A stretch of 64,000 nucleotides of DNA from Coleofasciculus sp. B1-GNL1-01 (lineage in GTDB: Bacteria; Cyanobacteriota; Cyanobacteriia; Cyanobacteriales; Coleofasciculaceae): NCBI GenBank assembly GCA_040220235.1, contig JAVJTO010000092.1, one strand, 5' to 3'. Position numbers and translations under genes: made by a program. Below the pieces are notes generated by a model that saw only the letters and a list, made by a program, of their open reading frames with translations, was not told where the DNA came from and did not search any database. Shown here piece after piece: positions 39,331 through 49,739 of the stretch. Position 1 is the first letter of the stretch. The number at the start of each line of letters is the position of its first letter.

Positions 39331-42189
39331 ATGACTAGACTTTCTCCCAAACCTGGTTCCAATCACGATACCAATGGTCGCGGTTCCTACTCGCAGAATC
39401 TACCCGTTGAGACTCAAAACTATTCGAGTGACTATCCCCCATCGATGCCCTATCGAACGCCTGGGACTGCTGATCAACCTCTACCCAAATTGTCTGCACT
39501 TGAGGCAATGGGAAAAACGCCAGAACAGCGATTAAACCGTCGCGGGTTGCTGTCTAGTCTGCGAAGTAAAGCGATTGGTCTAGCGCTAGCGATTGGAACG
39601 TTACCCGTGTTAGCGGTGGGGGCGACTGCTTACTTCACAGCCAGTGGCGGGATGTATGACCAAGTGGTGAGTAACGAACAAACAAACACGATTGACTTGG
39701 AAGATAAATTAGAGCTGTTCATTGCAGAACGCTACAGTGACGTTCAAGTCCTGGCAGAACTTCCGGTGTTTAATAATGCTGAACTTGCGAAGATTACACC
39801 CAAGGAAGAAAAGGAACGTCTACTCAATGCCTATGAGAAACTGTACGACAGTTACGACAGTATTGGTGTGTTTGACCTCCAGGGTAACGTTCTTGCCCAA
39901 TCGGACTCTGGAGAAATTCTCGAAAATCACTCTGACCGAGACTATTTTCAAGAAGTATTGAAAACGGATCAGATCTACATCACGGAACCACGACTCTCTG
40001 AAACGACTAACAGATACGCTGTGTATATCACCGCACCGATTAAGGATTCAGTGACAGGTAAAACCATTGGCATTCTCCGTACCCGTGAGCCGATGGAACG
40101 AGTGAATGGAATTTTCGGTGTAACCAAAGAACGGAAACAAGAATTTCACCTGATTGATTCGTCTGGTAACGTGGTGGCTGCAGAAGATCCTGATGATGTG
40201 GGTCAAACATTCGAGGAAAAGTTTCCCGAGACGTATCGTCAAGCTCAACAAAACCAGGAAGACATCCTCACCATTATTGAAAAGCGAACTGGACGGGAAG
40301 ACGTTATTACTTACTCTCCCACTGAAGAACTGGCTGAGGACTATAACCTAAACTGGTCACTGGTTATTGTCCGTCCCACGGATGTGGCATTTGCACCGCA
40401 ACGGAATATGCTCTGGACATTGGGATTAGGGACAGGGGGTGCTACCTTAATGGTTGGTGCGATCGCGACGTTCGTGGCTGGTAACGCTACTCGACCGATT
40501 GTGGATGCAGCAGGTGCGGTGTCAAAAATTGGTCAAGGTGACTTGAATACTCGTTTGCAAGTGAAAGGAGAGGACGAACTCGCCACCCTGGGTGCCAACA
40601 TCAACGATATGGCGGGTCAGTTAGAGGTCTTTATTGAAGAACAAGAACTCGCTGCCGAACAAGCCCGTTTACTGGCAGAGATTACAGGTTCTCGCACCTT
40701 GAAATCCCAGGAAATCCGGGATCTCTTCCAGAAAGCGGTTGAGGAAACCCGTAAAATCCTTAAGGCTGAACGGGTGATGATCTTCCAGTTTAATCCCGAT
40801 GGCAGTAGCTATGTTGCGGCTGAATCCGTCGCCATGGGTTGGCCCCGTAGCCTGAATGACAAGATTGAAGAACTTACCCTATCGGAGGAACGGCGCGAGA
40901 CGTATAAAGATGGTCGTGTTGTTGCCACTAATCATGTCTTTGAAGCAGATCTGGTCCCTGAACAACAAAAATTAATGGCACGTCTGGGTGTCAAAGCCAA
41001 CTTAGAAGTGCCGATTCTCCATGAAGGTCAACCCTTCGCCTTGATCATGGCGCAGCAATGTTCGGTTCCTCGTGAATGGCAAACCGCAGAAGTCAACTTC
41101 TTCAAACAGTTAGGAGGTCAGATTGGACTGGTAATTGACCGAGTAATGCTCCTAGAAAGCACGGACAAACTGGCGCAAGAACAACGGGAGTTGAAAGAAA
41201 GCTTACAAAAACGTGCCTTGGAACTCCTGAAGGAAGTAGACCCAATTAGTAAAGGAGACTTAACCATTCGGGCGCGAGTCACGGCGGATGAAATTGGTAC
41301 GGTTGCTGACTCCTACAACGCTACCGTCGGAAACTTACGCAAGATTGTCGAACAGGTGCAAGACGCCGCCACCCAGGTGGCGACAACCACAAGCACCAAC
41401 GAAGTTGCCGTTCAATCCCTATCCGCAGAAGCCTTGCGCCAAGCCGAGCAAATTTCCAACGCCCTCAGCCGCGCCCAAGAAATGGCAGAAACGGTACGCA
41501 TGGTTGCCTCCCACGCGGAACATGCAGAGATGGCAGTGCGTGAGGCGTCTCAGACAGTGGCAGAAGGGGACGACAACATGAACCGGACAGTTGAAGGGAT
41601 TCTGGCAATCCGCGAAACTGTAGCAGAAACGGCGAAAAAAGTCAAACACTTGGGTGAATCCTCGCAAAAGATTTCCACCGTTGTTAACCTGATTAGCACC
41701 TTTGCCGCCCAAACCAACCTGCTAGCGCTGAACGCTTCCATTGAGGCAGCCCGCGCTGGGGAAGAAGGACGAGGGTTTGCGGTGGTTGCGGACGAAGTAC
41801 GTGCCTTGGCGCGGCAGTCGGCAGAAGCGACAGCAGAAATTGAAAAACTGGTGGCGGCGATTCAAGGGGAAACCAATGAAGTGGTTGCGGCGATGGAAGC
41901 AGGTACAGAACAGGTGGTTACGGGTACAAAATTAGTGGATGAAACTCGTGCATCGCTGAACAAAATTGCTGCCGCATCTAACCAAATTAACCAATTAGTT
42001 GAAGCGATTGCCGAAGCTACGGTTGTCCAATCCAAAGCCTCTGAAGATGTGACCCAAACGATGACAGATGTGGCTCAAATTGCTGCCCGAACATCAGAAG
42101 AAGCTGGGTTTGTTTCGGCTTCCTTTGAACAACTGCGAAAAGTGGCTCAAGCCCTACAATCTGACGTGGGTCAGTTTAAGTTGAAGTAG
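39331..42189 (+). CDS. Methyl-accepting chemotaxis protein: TM, Cache-like domain, TM, HAMP, GAF, HAMP, MA
   Basis: SDRDYFQ Cache-like motif, [53 protein letters not shown]. Confidence 0.92.
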   Translation: MTRLSPKPGSNHDTNGRGSYSQNLPVETQNYSSDYPPSMPYRTPGTADQPLPKLSALEAMGKTPEQRLNRRGLLSSLRSKAIGLALAIGTLPVLAVGATAYFTASGGMYDQVVSNEQTNTIDLEDKLELFIAERYSDVQVLAELPVFNNAELAKITPKEEKERLLNAYEKLYDSYDSIGVFDLQGNVLAQSDSGEILENHSDRDYFQEVLKTDQIYITEPRLSETTNRYAVYITAPIKDSVTGKTIGILRTREPMERVNGIFGVTKERKQEFHLIDSSGNVVAAEDPDDVGQTFEEKFPETYRQAQQNQEDILTIIEKRTGREDVITYSPTEELAEDYNLNWSLVIVRPTDVAFAPQRNMLWTLGLGTGGATLMVGAIATFVAGNATRPIVDAAGAVSKIGQGDLNTRLQVKGEDELATLGANINDMAGQLEVFIEEQELAAEQARLLAEITGSRTLKSQEIRDLFQKAVEETRKILKAERVMIFQFNPDGSSYVAAESVAMGWPRSLNDKIEELTLSEERRETYKDGRVVATNHVFEADLVPEQQKLMARLGVKANLEVPILHEGQPFALIMAQQCSVPREWQTAEVNFFKQLGGQIGLVIDRVMLLESTDKLAQEQRELKESLQKRALELLKEVDPISKGDLTIRARVTADEIGTVADSYNATVGNLRKIVEQVQDAATQVATTTSTNEVAVQSLSAEALRQAEQISNALSRAQEMAETVRMVASHAEHAEMAVREASQTVAEGDDNMNRTVEGILAIRETVAETAKKVKHLGESSQKISTVVNLISTFAAQTNLLALNASIEAARAGEEGRGFAVVADEVRALARQSAEATAEIEKLVAAIQGETNEVVAAMEAGTEQVVTGTKLVDETRASLNKIAAASNQINQLVEAIAEATVVQSKASEDVTQTMTDVAQIAARTSEEAGFVSASFEQLRKVAQALQSDVGQFKLK

Positions 42190-42195
42190 TTATTA

Positions 42196-42745
42196 GTCAT
42201 TAGTCATTGGTCATTGGTCATTGGTCATTGGTCATTAGTCATTGGTCATTGGTCATTGGTCATTGGTCATTGGTTAACCGCTTGGGTTCATTCTGTAGGG
42301 GCGACCTGCTTACATCAATCAACAACTTTATCCACTCAATTTAATCGGGTCGCCCTTTATTCTTAAGGTTGGTGGGCAGTGCCCACCCTACGATTGCACT
42401 ACACGAAGCGTGAATATAGAGAATAGGGAATAGGGAATAGGGAATAGGGAATAGGGAATAGGGAATAGGGAATAGGGAATAGGGAAAACCCAAGCAATAC
42501 CTTGATCTGACCCCACCCTAACCCTCCCCTTATCAAGGGGAGGGAACGTTTCCCCCCTTAATAAGGGGGGACTAAGGGGGGTTAAAAGGAGATTCGACGA
42601 GATTCAAAGTCTGACAAGGAACGCTTTTAACCTTAAGTTGACACCAATGGCAAGGATGGTGCCCCTACAAAATATAAAGGACAAATGACGAATGACGAAT
42701 GACATAAGACAAAGGACATAAGACAAAGGACGAATGACAAATGAC
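42196..42745. repeat. Intergenic repeat mosaic: (GTCATTG)n, REPIN, (AGGGAAT)n, CCCC/GGGG hairpins, (AATGACR)n
   Basis: Directly visible; the REPIN at 42295-42391 has a sister copy at about 60497-60591. Confidence 0.8.
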
Positions 42746-45700
42746 ACTCAACCCTGATATTCGCGACCAAGCCTATCAATTTTTTATCGAAGAAGCGCCA
42801 GAACTCTTACAAAATATTGAAGCAGGTTTGCTTAATCTGCGCCAGGATCGTAGCACGGCAAATGTCCATGGAATTATGCGATCCGCTCATTCATTAAAAG
42901 GAGGTGCGGCGAGTGTAGAATTGGAGGCGATTAAAACTATCGCTCATCGCCTAGAAAATATTTTCAAGGCACTCTACAACGAAACCGTTGACATTGATAC
43001 AGACTTAGAGAGTCAACTGCTGCAAGCTTATGATTGTTTGCGTCTGCCTTTGATGGAGCAAATTGCCACCAATCAGTTCGATCAAGAGCAAGCTTTAGCG
43101 ATTGCTGAACCAATTTTTGCTCAGATTGAAACCCGGTTAGGTGATGCGTTAACTCAGGCAGATAATTTTATCCCCAGTTCCTCAGAATTAGGGGTAGATA
43201 TGGCATTATCCATCTTTGAAGTGGATGTAGAACAAGGATTAGCATTACTGTCTCAGGTGGTGGCAGATCCAGACCATCATCCAGTAGCCGGAGAATTACG
43301 GGCGCAAGCAGATGTATTTGCGGGGTTTGCCGAACTTTTAAATCTACCCGGATTTGGCGCGATCGCAAACACGGCAATTACGGCGCTAAATGCTCACCCA
43401 GACAAGGCGTTAGAGATTACTCAACTTGCCCTGGCTGATTTTGATGCAGGTAGACTGGCGGTGTTAAATGGCGATCGCACTCAGGGGGGAACCCCATCGC
43501 CTCAGTTAATGGCATTAGCAGGTGCGGCTGATGAGACCCCTGATAGAGAAGCTGGGGAAGCTGGGGAAGCCGGGGAAGCCGGGGAAGCTGGGGAAGCTGG
43601 GGGGTTAGGTTTCCCAGCATCCGAGGAATCGCTGTCTCCTTCGTCTTTGGATACTGATGCTGAACCGCTTTTAGCCGATTTAGAAGAGGGGGTTCCCTCC
43701 TTAGAGGATGTTTTTGGGGAGGTAGAAGCCGACACCAGTCAGGAAGAAGAAGTAGAACCAGAACCGGAAGAGGAATTAACAGCAGCGTCGGCATCGAGTC
43801 TAAGTATACCTGCACCAGAAACCCTAGAAGACGCGATCGCATCCATCGGGCAAGTGTTTGAGGAATTGCCTGCGGTTGAAGATCTACCTGCACCTGCGGC
43901 GAGTGATGACGCAACTCCTGCCGTTACCTCTAATAGTCTGGTTCCCTCAAAACGGGGTTCGAGTGAACTTTCTGCCACTCATCCATCTGCCCAACCCACA
44001 TCCGAGAACCGAGAACCTGAATCAGTATCGCCGAAACGTTCTAAATCTAAACAGGAAGCAGCGACACCTCACCTATCAGTGCGGGTTGACTCGGAACGCT
44101 TAGAACGCATGAATAACCTGGTGGGTGAGTTAGCGATTAACCGGAATGGGTTATCCCTGCAACACCAGCAACTACAACGATCTGTGCGAGAGTTATTAGA
44201 GCGATTTAGCCGAGTGCAAAGCATGGTGGGTAATTTGCGGGAACTCTCAGACAAGATGCTGATTTCACCAGAACGCTATAATCCCCAGATCAACATCGCC
44301 CTGCTGAATCAACTGACTGAATTCGTCAGCCGCACCGAGGAGTTTGATTCCCTGGAATTGGATAACTATAGTATCCTTAACTCCCGACTGCAACAACTGA
44401 TTGAAGATATGGTGCAGTTGGAAGAATCAGTGGATGATGTCGCCCTATTTGCCAAGCAATCGGATCAAACCCTGGAACAGCAACGCCAAATGCTGACCAG
44501 TTTACGGGATGAATTGATGTGGGCGCGGATGTTGCCCTTGGGTGAGGTTCTTAACCGTTATCCGCGTGTGATCCGAGATTTGTCTACTCGGTATGAAAAA
44601 TCGGTTAATTTGAAACTGAATGGAACAAATGTTCTGGTAGACAAAGCGGCGTTAGAAAAACTCTATGATCCGCTACTGCATTTACTTCGCAACGCCTTTG
44701 ACCATGGGATTGAATCGCCGGAGGTGAGGCGTCAGCAGGGGAAATCTGAAGTTGGACAAATTGAAATTCGCGCCTATCACCAAGGCAGTCAAACCATTAT
44801 AGAGGTCAAAGATGATGGTCAAGGATTAAATACTAAACGGATTGGTCAACAGGCGGTTGATATGGGATTGGTGTCACCGCAACAACTGACGACGCTGGCT
44901 TCTAATCGATTATTTGAATTTCTGTTTGAACCGGGATTTTCTACGGCGGAACAAGTGAGTGAACTGTCAGGGCGAGGGGTAGGATTAGATATCGTGCGAT
45001 CGCAGATGCGTTCATTAAAAGGGACGATTTCGGTTCATTCATCTCCTGGAGTCGGGACAACGTTTACCTTACGCCTACCGTTAACCCTCACCATTGGTAA
45101 ATTACTCGTCTGTTTCGTTGGTTCCACCGCGTTGGCGTTACCCTCAGACAGTGTAGAAGAAATTGTTATTCCCAAAGGCAATCAAGTCAAAACCACCGGA
45201 GAACAGCGATTTCTACGCTGGCGGGGTCAAATTGTCCCCACCTATCGGTTAACGGATTTATTGGATTATGCTTGTCCCTTACCCGAAACCTGTCCCAGTC
45301 AGGCGTTGGTTTCGGTTCCATCACCAACCAATTGGGCGTTACCGATGCTGGTTTTGCGTCAAGATCAATATGTTCTCGCCCTAGAAATTGATCGCCTCGT
45401 CACAGAACAGGAATTAGTAATTAAACCCTTTGGTAGTGCGATCGCGCCTCCGAGTTTTACTTACGGTTGTACTATCTTAGGGGACGGCAGTTTAATCCCC
45501 GTGATTGATGGCGCTGTGTTAATGGATCAGCTTTTAGGTCAAAGCAGCCAGTCAATCTCAATTACATCCAGCAACCGCACGCTTGTGAGCATGAGCGAGT
45601 CGCGTACTGCTCACACAAATGATAAAGTCCAAACCGCGAAAGCCCCCACCGTCTTAGTCGTAGATGACGCCGTAGCCTTACGGCGAACTCTCGCCCTCAC

Positions 45701-46043
45701 CTTAGAACGAGCTGGATGTCGGGTATTACAAGCCAGAGATGGACGAGAAGCGCTGGAACAATTACGGCAAACCTCAGCCATTAATTTAGTGGTTTGTGAC
45801 ATTGAAATGCCCAACATGAACGGGTTTGAATTTCTGGGTCAACGTCGCCAAGATCCCCAGATTTCCCAGGTTCCGGTGGTGATGTTAACCTCCCGCAGTA
45901 ACGATAAACATCGCTGGTTAGCACGGCATTTAGGCGCAAATGCCTACTTTACCAAACCCTATCTGGAACAAGAATTTTTAGGTGCGATCGAACAAATTTT
46001 AACCCAGGATAAGTCACAACAGCCGCAATTGCAACCCTCTTGA
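42741..46043 (+). CDS. cheA: Hybrid CheA histidine kinase (Hpt, HATPase, CheW, REC; PixL/PtxE-like)
   Basis: RSAHSLKGGA, HLLRNAFDHG, DDGQG, GFST..SGRGVGLD, C-terminal receiver CDIEMP. Confidence 0.93.
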   Translation: MTLNPDIRDQAYQFFIEEAPELLQNIEAGLLNLRQDRSTANVHGIMRSAHSLKGGAASVELEAIKTIAHRLENIFKALYNETVDIDTDLESQLLQAYDCLRLPLMEQIATNQFDQEQALAIAEPIFAQIETRLGDALTQADNFIPSSSELGVDMALSIFEVDVEQGLALLSQVVADPDHHPVAGELRAQADVFAGFAELLNLPGFGAIANTAITALNAHPDKALEITQLALADFDAGRLAVLNGDRTQGGTPSPQLMALAGAADETPDREAGEAGEAGEAGEAGEAGGLGFPASEESLSPSSLDTDAEPLLADLEEGVPSLEDVFGEVEADTSQEEEVEPEPEEELTAASASSLSIPAPETLEDAIASIGQVFEELPAVEDLPAPAASDDATPAVTSNSLVPSKRGSSELSATHPSAQPTSENREPESVSPKRSKSKQEAATPHLSVRVDSERLERMNNLVGELAINRNGLSLQHQQLQRSVRELLERFSRVQSMVGNLRELSDKMLISPERYNPQINIALLNQLTEFVSRTEEFDSLELDNYSILNSRLQQLIEDMVQLEESVDDVALFAKQSDQTLEQQRQMLTSLRDELMWARMLPLGEVLNRYPRVIRDLSTRYEKSVNLKLNGTNVLVDKAALEKLYDPLLHLLRNAFDHGIESPEVRRQQGKSEVGQIEIRAYHQGSQTIIEVKDDGQGLNTKRIGQQAVDMGLVSPQQLTTLASNRLFEFLFEPGFSTAEQVSELSGRGVGLDIVRSQMRSLKGTISVHSSPGVGTTFTLRLPLTLTIGKLLVCFVGSTALALPSDSVEEIVIPKGNQVKTTGEQRFLRWRGQIVPTYRLTDLLDYACPLPETCPSQALVSVPSPTNWALPMLVLRQDQYVLALEIDRLVTEQELVIKPFGSAIAPPSFTYGCTILGDGSLIPVIDGAVLMDQLLGQSSQSISITSSNRTLVSMSESRTAHTNDKVQTAKAPTVLVVDDAVALRRTLALTLERAGCRVLQARDGREALEQLRQTSAINLVVCDIEMPNMNGFEFLGQRRQDPQISQVPVVMLTSRSNDKHRWLARHLGANAYFTKPYLEQEFLGAIEQILTQDKSQQPQLQPS

Positions 46044-46081
46044 TCAGGTGAGAGTTATCAGTTATCAGTGAGCAGTTATCA

Positions 46082-46286
46082 GAAGCAGGGGGAGCAAGGG
46101 GAGCAGGGGGAGATTATGTAGGGGCGGGTTTCACTACTATCTTTTTGGTTACATCCAGATGTAACTAAACCCGCCCCGATAAATGGCATAAGACAAATAA
46201 CTTAGCTTGCTTCTCAAGGGAGCGAGTATGACGAATGACGAATGACTAATGACGAATGACAAATGACAAAGGACAAATGACAAATG
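46082..46286 (+). repeat. Composite nonamer + REP + heptamer element ending at a start codon
   Basis: The REP at 46118-46177 is nearly identical to 63719-63778 and has the same flanking arrangement. Confidence 0.75.
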
Positions 46287-46817
46287 GCAACATTAGTTAC
46301 TCAATTTCAACCCAACGATACTGATTTATCCCAATCTAGACAGGTTATTCCATCTTTAAAATTCATTGTCTTCAGCATGGGAAATCTGCATCTAGCCTTA
46401 CGCATTGAGTCAGTTTATAAAGTCGTGGATCACACACCAATCTACAGTAGTGGGCTGAATCATGTCGGCGTTGCTCATTTAGGCGATCGCGAAGTGACTG
46501 TTGTAGACTTGTATTGGCGATTTTTCAAGCAAAGCCCGATTCAGGAATCCAGCACGGGCGGGTATTTGATTGTGGTTAGAAACACGACAGGGGACTTATA
46601 TGGAATTCCGGTAACGGACACACCAATGTTAATGGAAATACCCTTATCAGCCATTCGTTTACTACCCGAATCCTATCGACGAGCCGATACTCTAGAAGTT
46701 GCCAGTCATGTCGCCGTCATTCCCCAAGATAAAGAATCGATTACTGTATTTTTACTCGATGTCGATTTACTGATGCCAATCTTCCAGGAAATTGGCACAT
46801 TAACACACAACGGATGA
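46284..46817 (+). CDS. cheW: Second CheW-like protein (PtxF-like)
   Basis: LALRIESVYKV, VTVVDL, LPESYRRADTL; follows cheA. Confidence 0.8.
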   Translation: MATLVTQFQPNDTDLSQSRQVIPSLKFIVFSMGNLHLALRIESVYKVVDHTPIYSSGLNHVGVAHLGDREVTVVDLYWRFFKQSPIQESSTGGYLIVVRNTTGDLYGIPVTDTPMLMEIPLSAIRLLPESYRRADTLEVASHVAVIPQDKESITVFLLDVDLLMPIFQEIGTLTHNG

Positions 46818-47089
46818 AACAATTTTGAGCCTGTATCCGTGGAGAAACCGTAGGGGCGCACCGACGTGCGCCCTTTTCGGACGTGCGCCCAATTTCACCG
46901 TCAAATCTATGCCACAATTTGAGCTGTGCCACGCCACTACGGTATATGATTGAATATCAACACTAATGCTTTAGAAATCTACTTCTGTCAGTTTTTTTAG
47001 GTAGACGCAGTTTTAACCATCCAGTCGAGAATGGTGCTTTGCCCTAGACATCGCCGATAATATAATTAATCCAGTTAGCTGGCATAGCA

Positions 47090-47683
47090 ATGGAAACTCT
47101 AACCCTGAATGTACCTCCTATCGTTGGTTTAACCGACGAGCAATTTTACCAACTTTGTGTCGCGAATGAGCAATGGCGCTTAGAACTAACCGCTGATGGA
47201 GAACTAATTATTATGCCCCCAACAGGTGGAGAAAGTGGTATTAGTAATGCGGGTCTGACCGCTAAAGTTTACAATTGGAACGAACAAACTAGACTGGGAA
47301 AAGTTTTTGACTCCTCCACTGAGTTTCGATTACCTAATAATGCCAAACGTTGTCCCGATGTATCCTGGGTGCTTCTGGAACGTTGGGAAGCCTTATCTCC
47401 TGAACAACGGCGACGTTTTCCTCCTTTATGTCCAGACTTTGTGATTGAACTTCGTTCTGAAAGTGATTCGCTTAAAAACTTACGTGCCAAAATGTTAGAG
47501 TACCGAGATAATGGCACTCGTTTAGGTTGGCTTATTGACCCCCAAACCCCCCTGGTGGAAATTTATCGACCGACTGTTGATGTAGAACAAATTAATTTCT
47601 CGATTGACGAACCACCTACACTGTCAGGTGAAGATGTGTTACCTGGGTTTGTCCTCGATTTAACCGTGATCCTGAATCCTTAA
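47090..47683 (+). CDS. Uma2 family endonuclease (DUF820)
   Basis: GELIIMPPTGGE, PDVSW, CPDFVIELRS, LGWLIDP. Confidence 0.9.
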   Translation: METLTLNVPPIVGLTDEQFYQLCVANEQWRLELTADGELIIMPPTGGESGISNAGLTAKVYNWNEQTRLGKVFDSSTEFRLPNNAKRCPDVSWVLLERWEALSPEQRRRFPPLCPDFVIELRSESDSLKNLRAKMLEYRDNGTRLGWLIDPQTPLVEIYRPTVDVEQINFSIDEPPTLSGEDVLPGFVLDLTVILNP

Positions 47684-47704
47684 AGTTCATTTATTGGTGA
47701 GGGA

Positions 47705-47767
47705 GGGCGGGTTTTGTTGAACATTTATTGGTGGATATTTGAATTAAGTCCCTAAACCCGCCCCTAC
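47705..47767 (-). repeat. REP element, family A
   Basis: GGGCGGGTTT..AAACCCGCCCCTAC. Confidence 0.8.
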
Positions 47768-47971
47768 AATTGTGTCTAAAACATCGCCGACCTTTGTGGT
47801 TACATCCGCCCCTACCATCAGGGTTTTGTTTATGGGTTATTGGTGATAAGCTTACCTTAAGACCCAACCAAATCTAGCTTGACTACCCCTTTGTAATCCA
47901 GTCCTTGTTTAACGGACTTCATTTGTGTAGCTGCGACTTCCAGCCGCCAGAGCAATTTATTAATTAAAACT

Positions 47972-48817
47972 ATGGTGCAGAATTCCAATCTTTCACTGGT
48001 GCAAATTCAAGACATTTATCCTTGCTTACATTCTCACATCACGCTTTATATGTTGGAGAATTTTGGGGCAACAGTTAAACTTCTGAGTCCCCATCCGCCT
48101 CAAGACCTAATTGTGCAAATCTGGACGAATGCTTTAACCAAATTCAATAGCGAAGGGGATTGGCATGGCATCAATTTAATCTATACTCCCGAAGAATCCC
48201 AGCCAGTCTCTGTATTCCAAGGCTCATTTATGCCAACTGCTCCCGGAGATTTTCAATTCACCTATCGATTTCGCCTGAAAAATGACGAAAATGCATGGCA
48301 ATGGGCAGGACAATTTCAGGAAAATGGTTACCTTAAAGTAGAACTGCCGTCTCCAGATAGGCAATGGACACAAGGACCCAATTTTGTCGAAGTTTTCCCT
48401 AATATCTATGTCGGCAATTTTATCGCCGCGTCCCAAGCGACATCTTTAGGTATCGATGCTGTGCTGAATTTGGGCGAGGAATTGACCTTAATGTTTCCCG
48501 AATTTTCTCCTATTACTTATAGAAAAATGGGGACTTTAGACGGCGCATCGAATCCGATTGCCGATGAATTGTTGTTAGCCGCTGTTCAGTGGATTGATGA
48601 ACAAGTGCAGCAAGGCAAAAAGAAGATATTACTCAATTGTCGTGCTGGGATTGGTCGCAGTGGTTCTGTCGGTGTTGCCTATTGTTTCTGGAAAAATCCC
48701 CAGTGGACTTATCAACAAACTTTAGACTACATTTGGAGTAAAAAGCCCAATATTTATCCCCACTCTCAATTGCAAGATAGCTTAGAACGTCTCTTTCCTC
48801 GGTCAACGTCAAGGTAA
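47972..48817 (+). CDS. Dual-specificity phosphatase with an N-terminal beta-rich (possible carbohydrate-binding) domain
   Basis: CX5R motif NCRAGIGRS, PNIYVGN, AVLNL; Trp-rich N-terminal domain. Confidence 0.8.
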   Translation: MVQNSNLSLVQIQDIYPCLHSHITLYMLENFGATVKLLSPHPPQDLIVQIWTNALTKFNSEGDWHGINLIYTPEESQPVSVFQGSFMPTAPGDFQFTYRFRLKNDENAWQWAGQFQENGYLKVELPSPDRQWTQGPNFVEVFPNIYVGNFIAASQATSLGIDAVLNLGEELTLMFPEFSPITYRKMGTLDGASNPIADELLLAAVQWIDEQVQQGKKKILLNCRAGIGRSGSVGVAYCFWKNPQWTYQQTLDYIWSKKPNIYPHSQLQDSLERLFPRSTSR

Positions 48818-48973
48818 GCGAAAAAACCCGCTCTGACCCCAACCGCTAATTTGTATAATTCAGTTGGTGTGGGTTTTAGGTGAGTTGGTCGAGTTGCGTT
48901 AGTTCTCTTCGACGTAATTTGTTTAGGGTTAAGTTTCCCTGACTACGAACGGTGCGATCGCCTGAATTCACCT

Positions 48974-49549
48974 TCACCAAATAGAGCTTAAATTCAGAAT
49001 GAATCCGGGTAAAATCGCTTCTCCTGAGAGAGTAGCCGGAGCCTTTAAAACTTCAACAGCTTGCTGAGGACGATAAATTTCCACTCGTCTCATTCCTGGC
49101 GCAATTAACCAACCCAAACGAGCGCCATTCTCGATATATTCCTTCATTTTATCTTGCCTGTCTTTTAAGGTATCCGAAGGAGACATCAATTCCACCACAA
49201 AATCAGGACAAATGGGTGGAAACTTGGTGCGTTGTTCAGGAGACAGAGCTTCCCATCGTTCCTGTATCACCCAAGCCAAATCCGGAGAACGATTAGCACC
49301 ATTGGGGAGTTTAAAACAGGTGGAGGAGTCAAAGCCAACCCCTAATCGAGTTTGGCGATTCCATATCGCTAAATCAGCACCAAACTCAAAATTTTGATTT
49401 CCGGTTTCTCCGCCAGTTGGAGGCATAATAATTAGTTCTCCTTGGGCATTGCGTTCAAATTTAAGATCTGGATTCGCCCGACACAACTGATAAAATTGGT
49501 CGTCGGTTAGCTGAATGATTGGGTTAAAGTCTATCGTATAAGCGGTCAT
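48974..49549 (-). CDS. Uma2 family endonuclease (DUF820)
   Basis: GELIIMPPTGGETG, SPDLAW, CPDFVVELMSPSD; ATG at 49549 preferred by alignment with 47090. Confidence 0.9.
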   Translation of the reverse strand: MTAYTIDFNPIIQLTDDQFYQLCRANPDLKFERNAQGELIIMPPTGGETGNQNFEFGADLAIWNRQTRLGVGFDSSTCFKLPNGANRSPDLAWVIQERWEALSPEQRTKFPPICPDFVVELMSPSDTLKDRQDKMKEYIENGARLGWLIAPGMRRVEIYRPQQAVEVLKAPATLSGEAILPGFILNLSSIW

Positions 49550-49571
49550 TTTTGTTTTACCTATTAACTTA

Positions 49572-49695
49572 AATACCAATCCTACCCCGATGACTGTCAA
49601 GTGCGATCGCACAATTTTCTGGTATACTTTTCACCTATGAAAATGTGCCTGCCTATAACCTTTTGATTAAGTATTTTAGACACAAATAGTAGACA
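49572..49695. repeat. About 125-bp intergenic direct repeat Y (copies at 50607-50730 and a partial one at 51815-51849)
   Basis: aataccaatcctaccccgatga..aagtGCGATCGC..ttttctggtatacttttcacctatgaaaatgtgcctgcctata..agtagaca. Confidence 0.85.
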
Positions 49696-49739
49696 AGGCG
49701 GTAATAGCACCAATCGCGGTAAACACTACTAAATTATGG

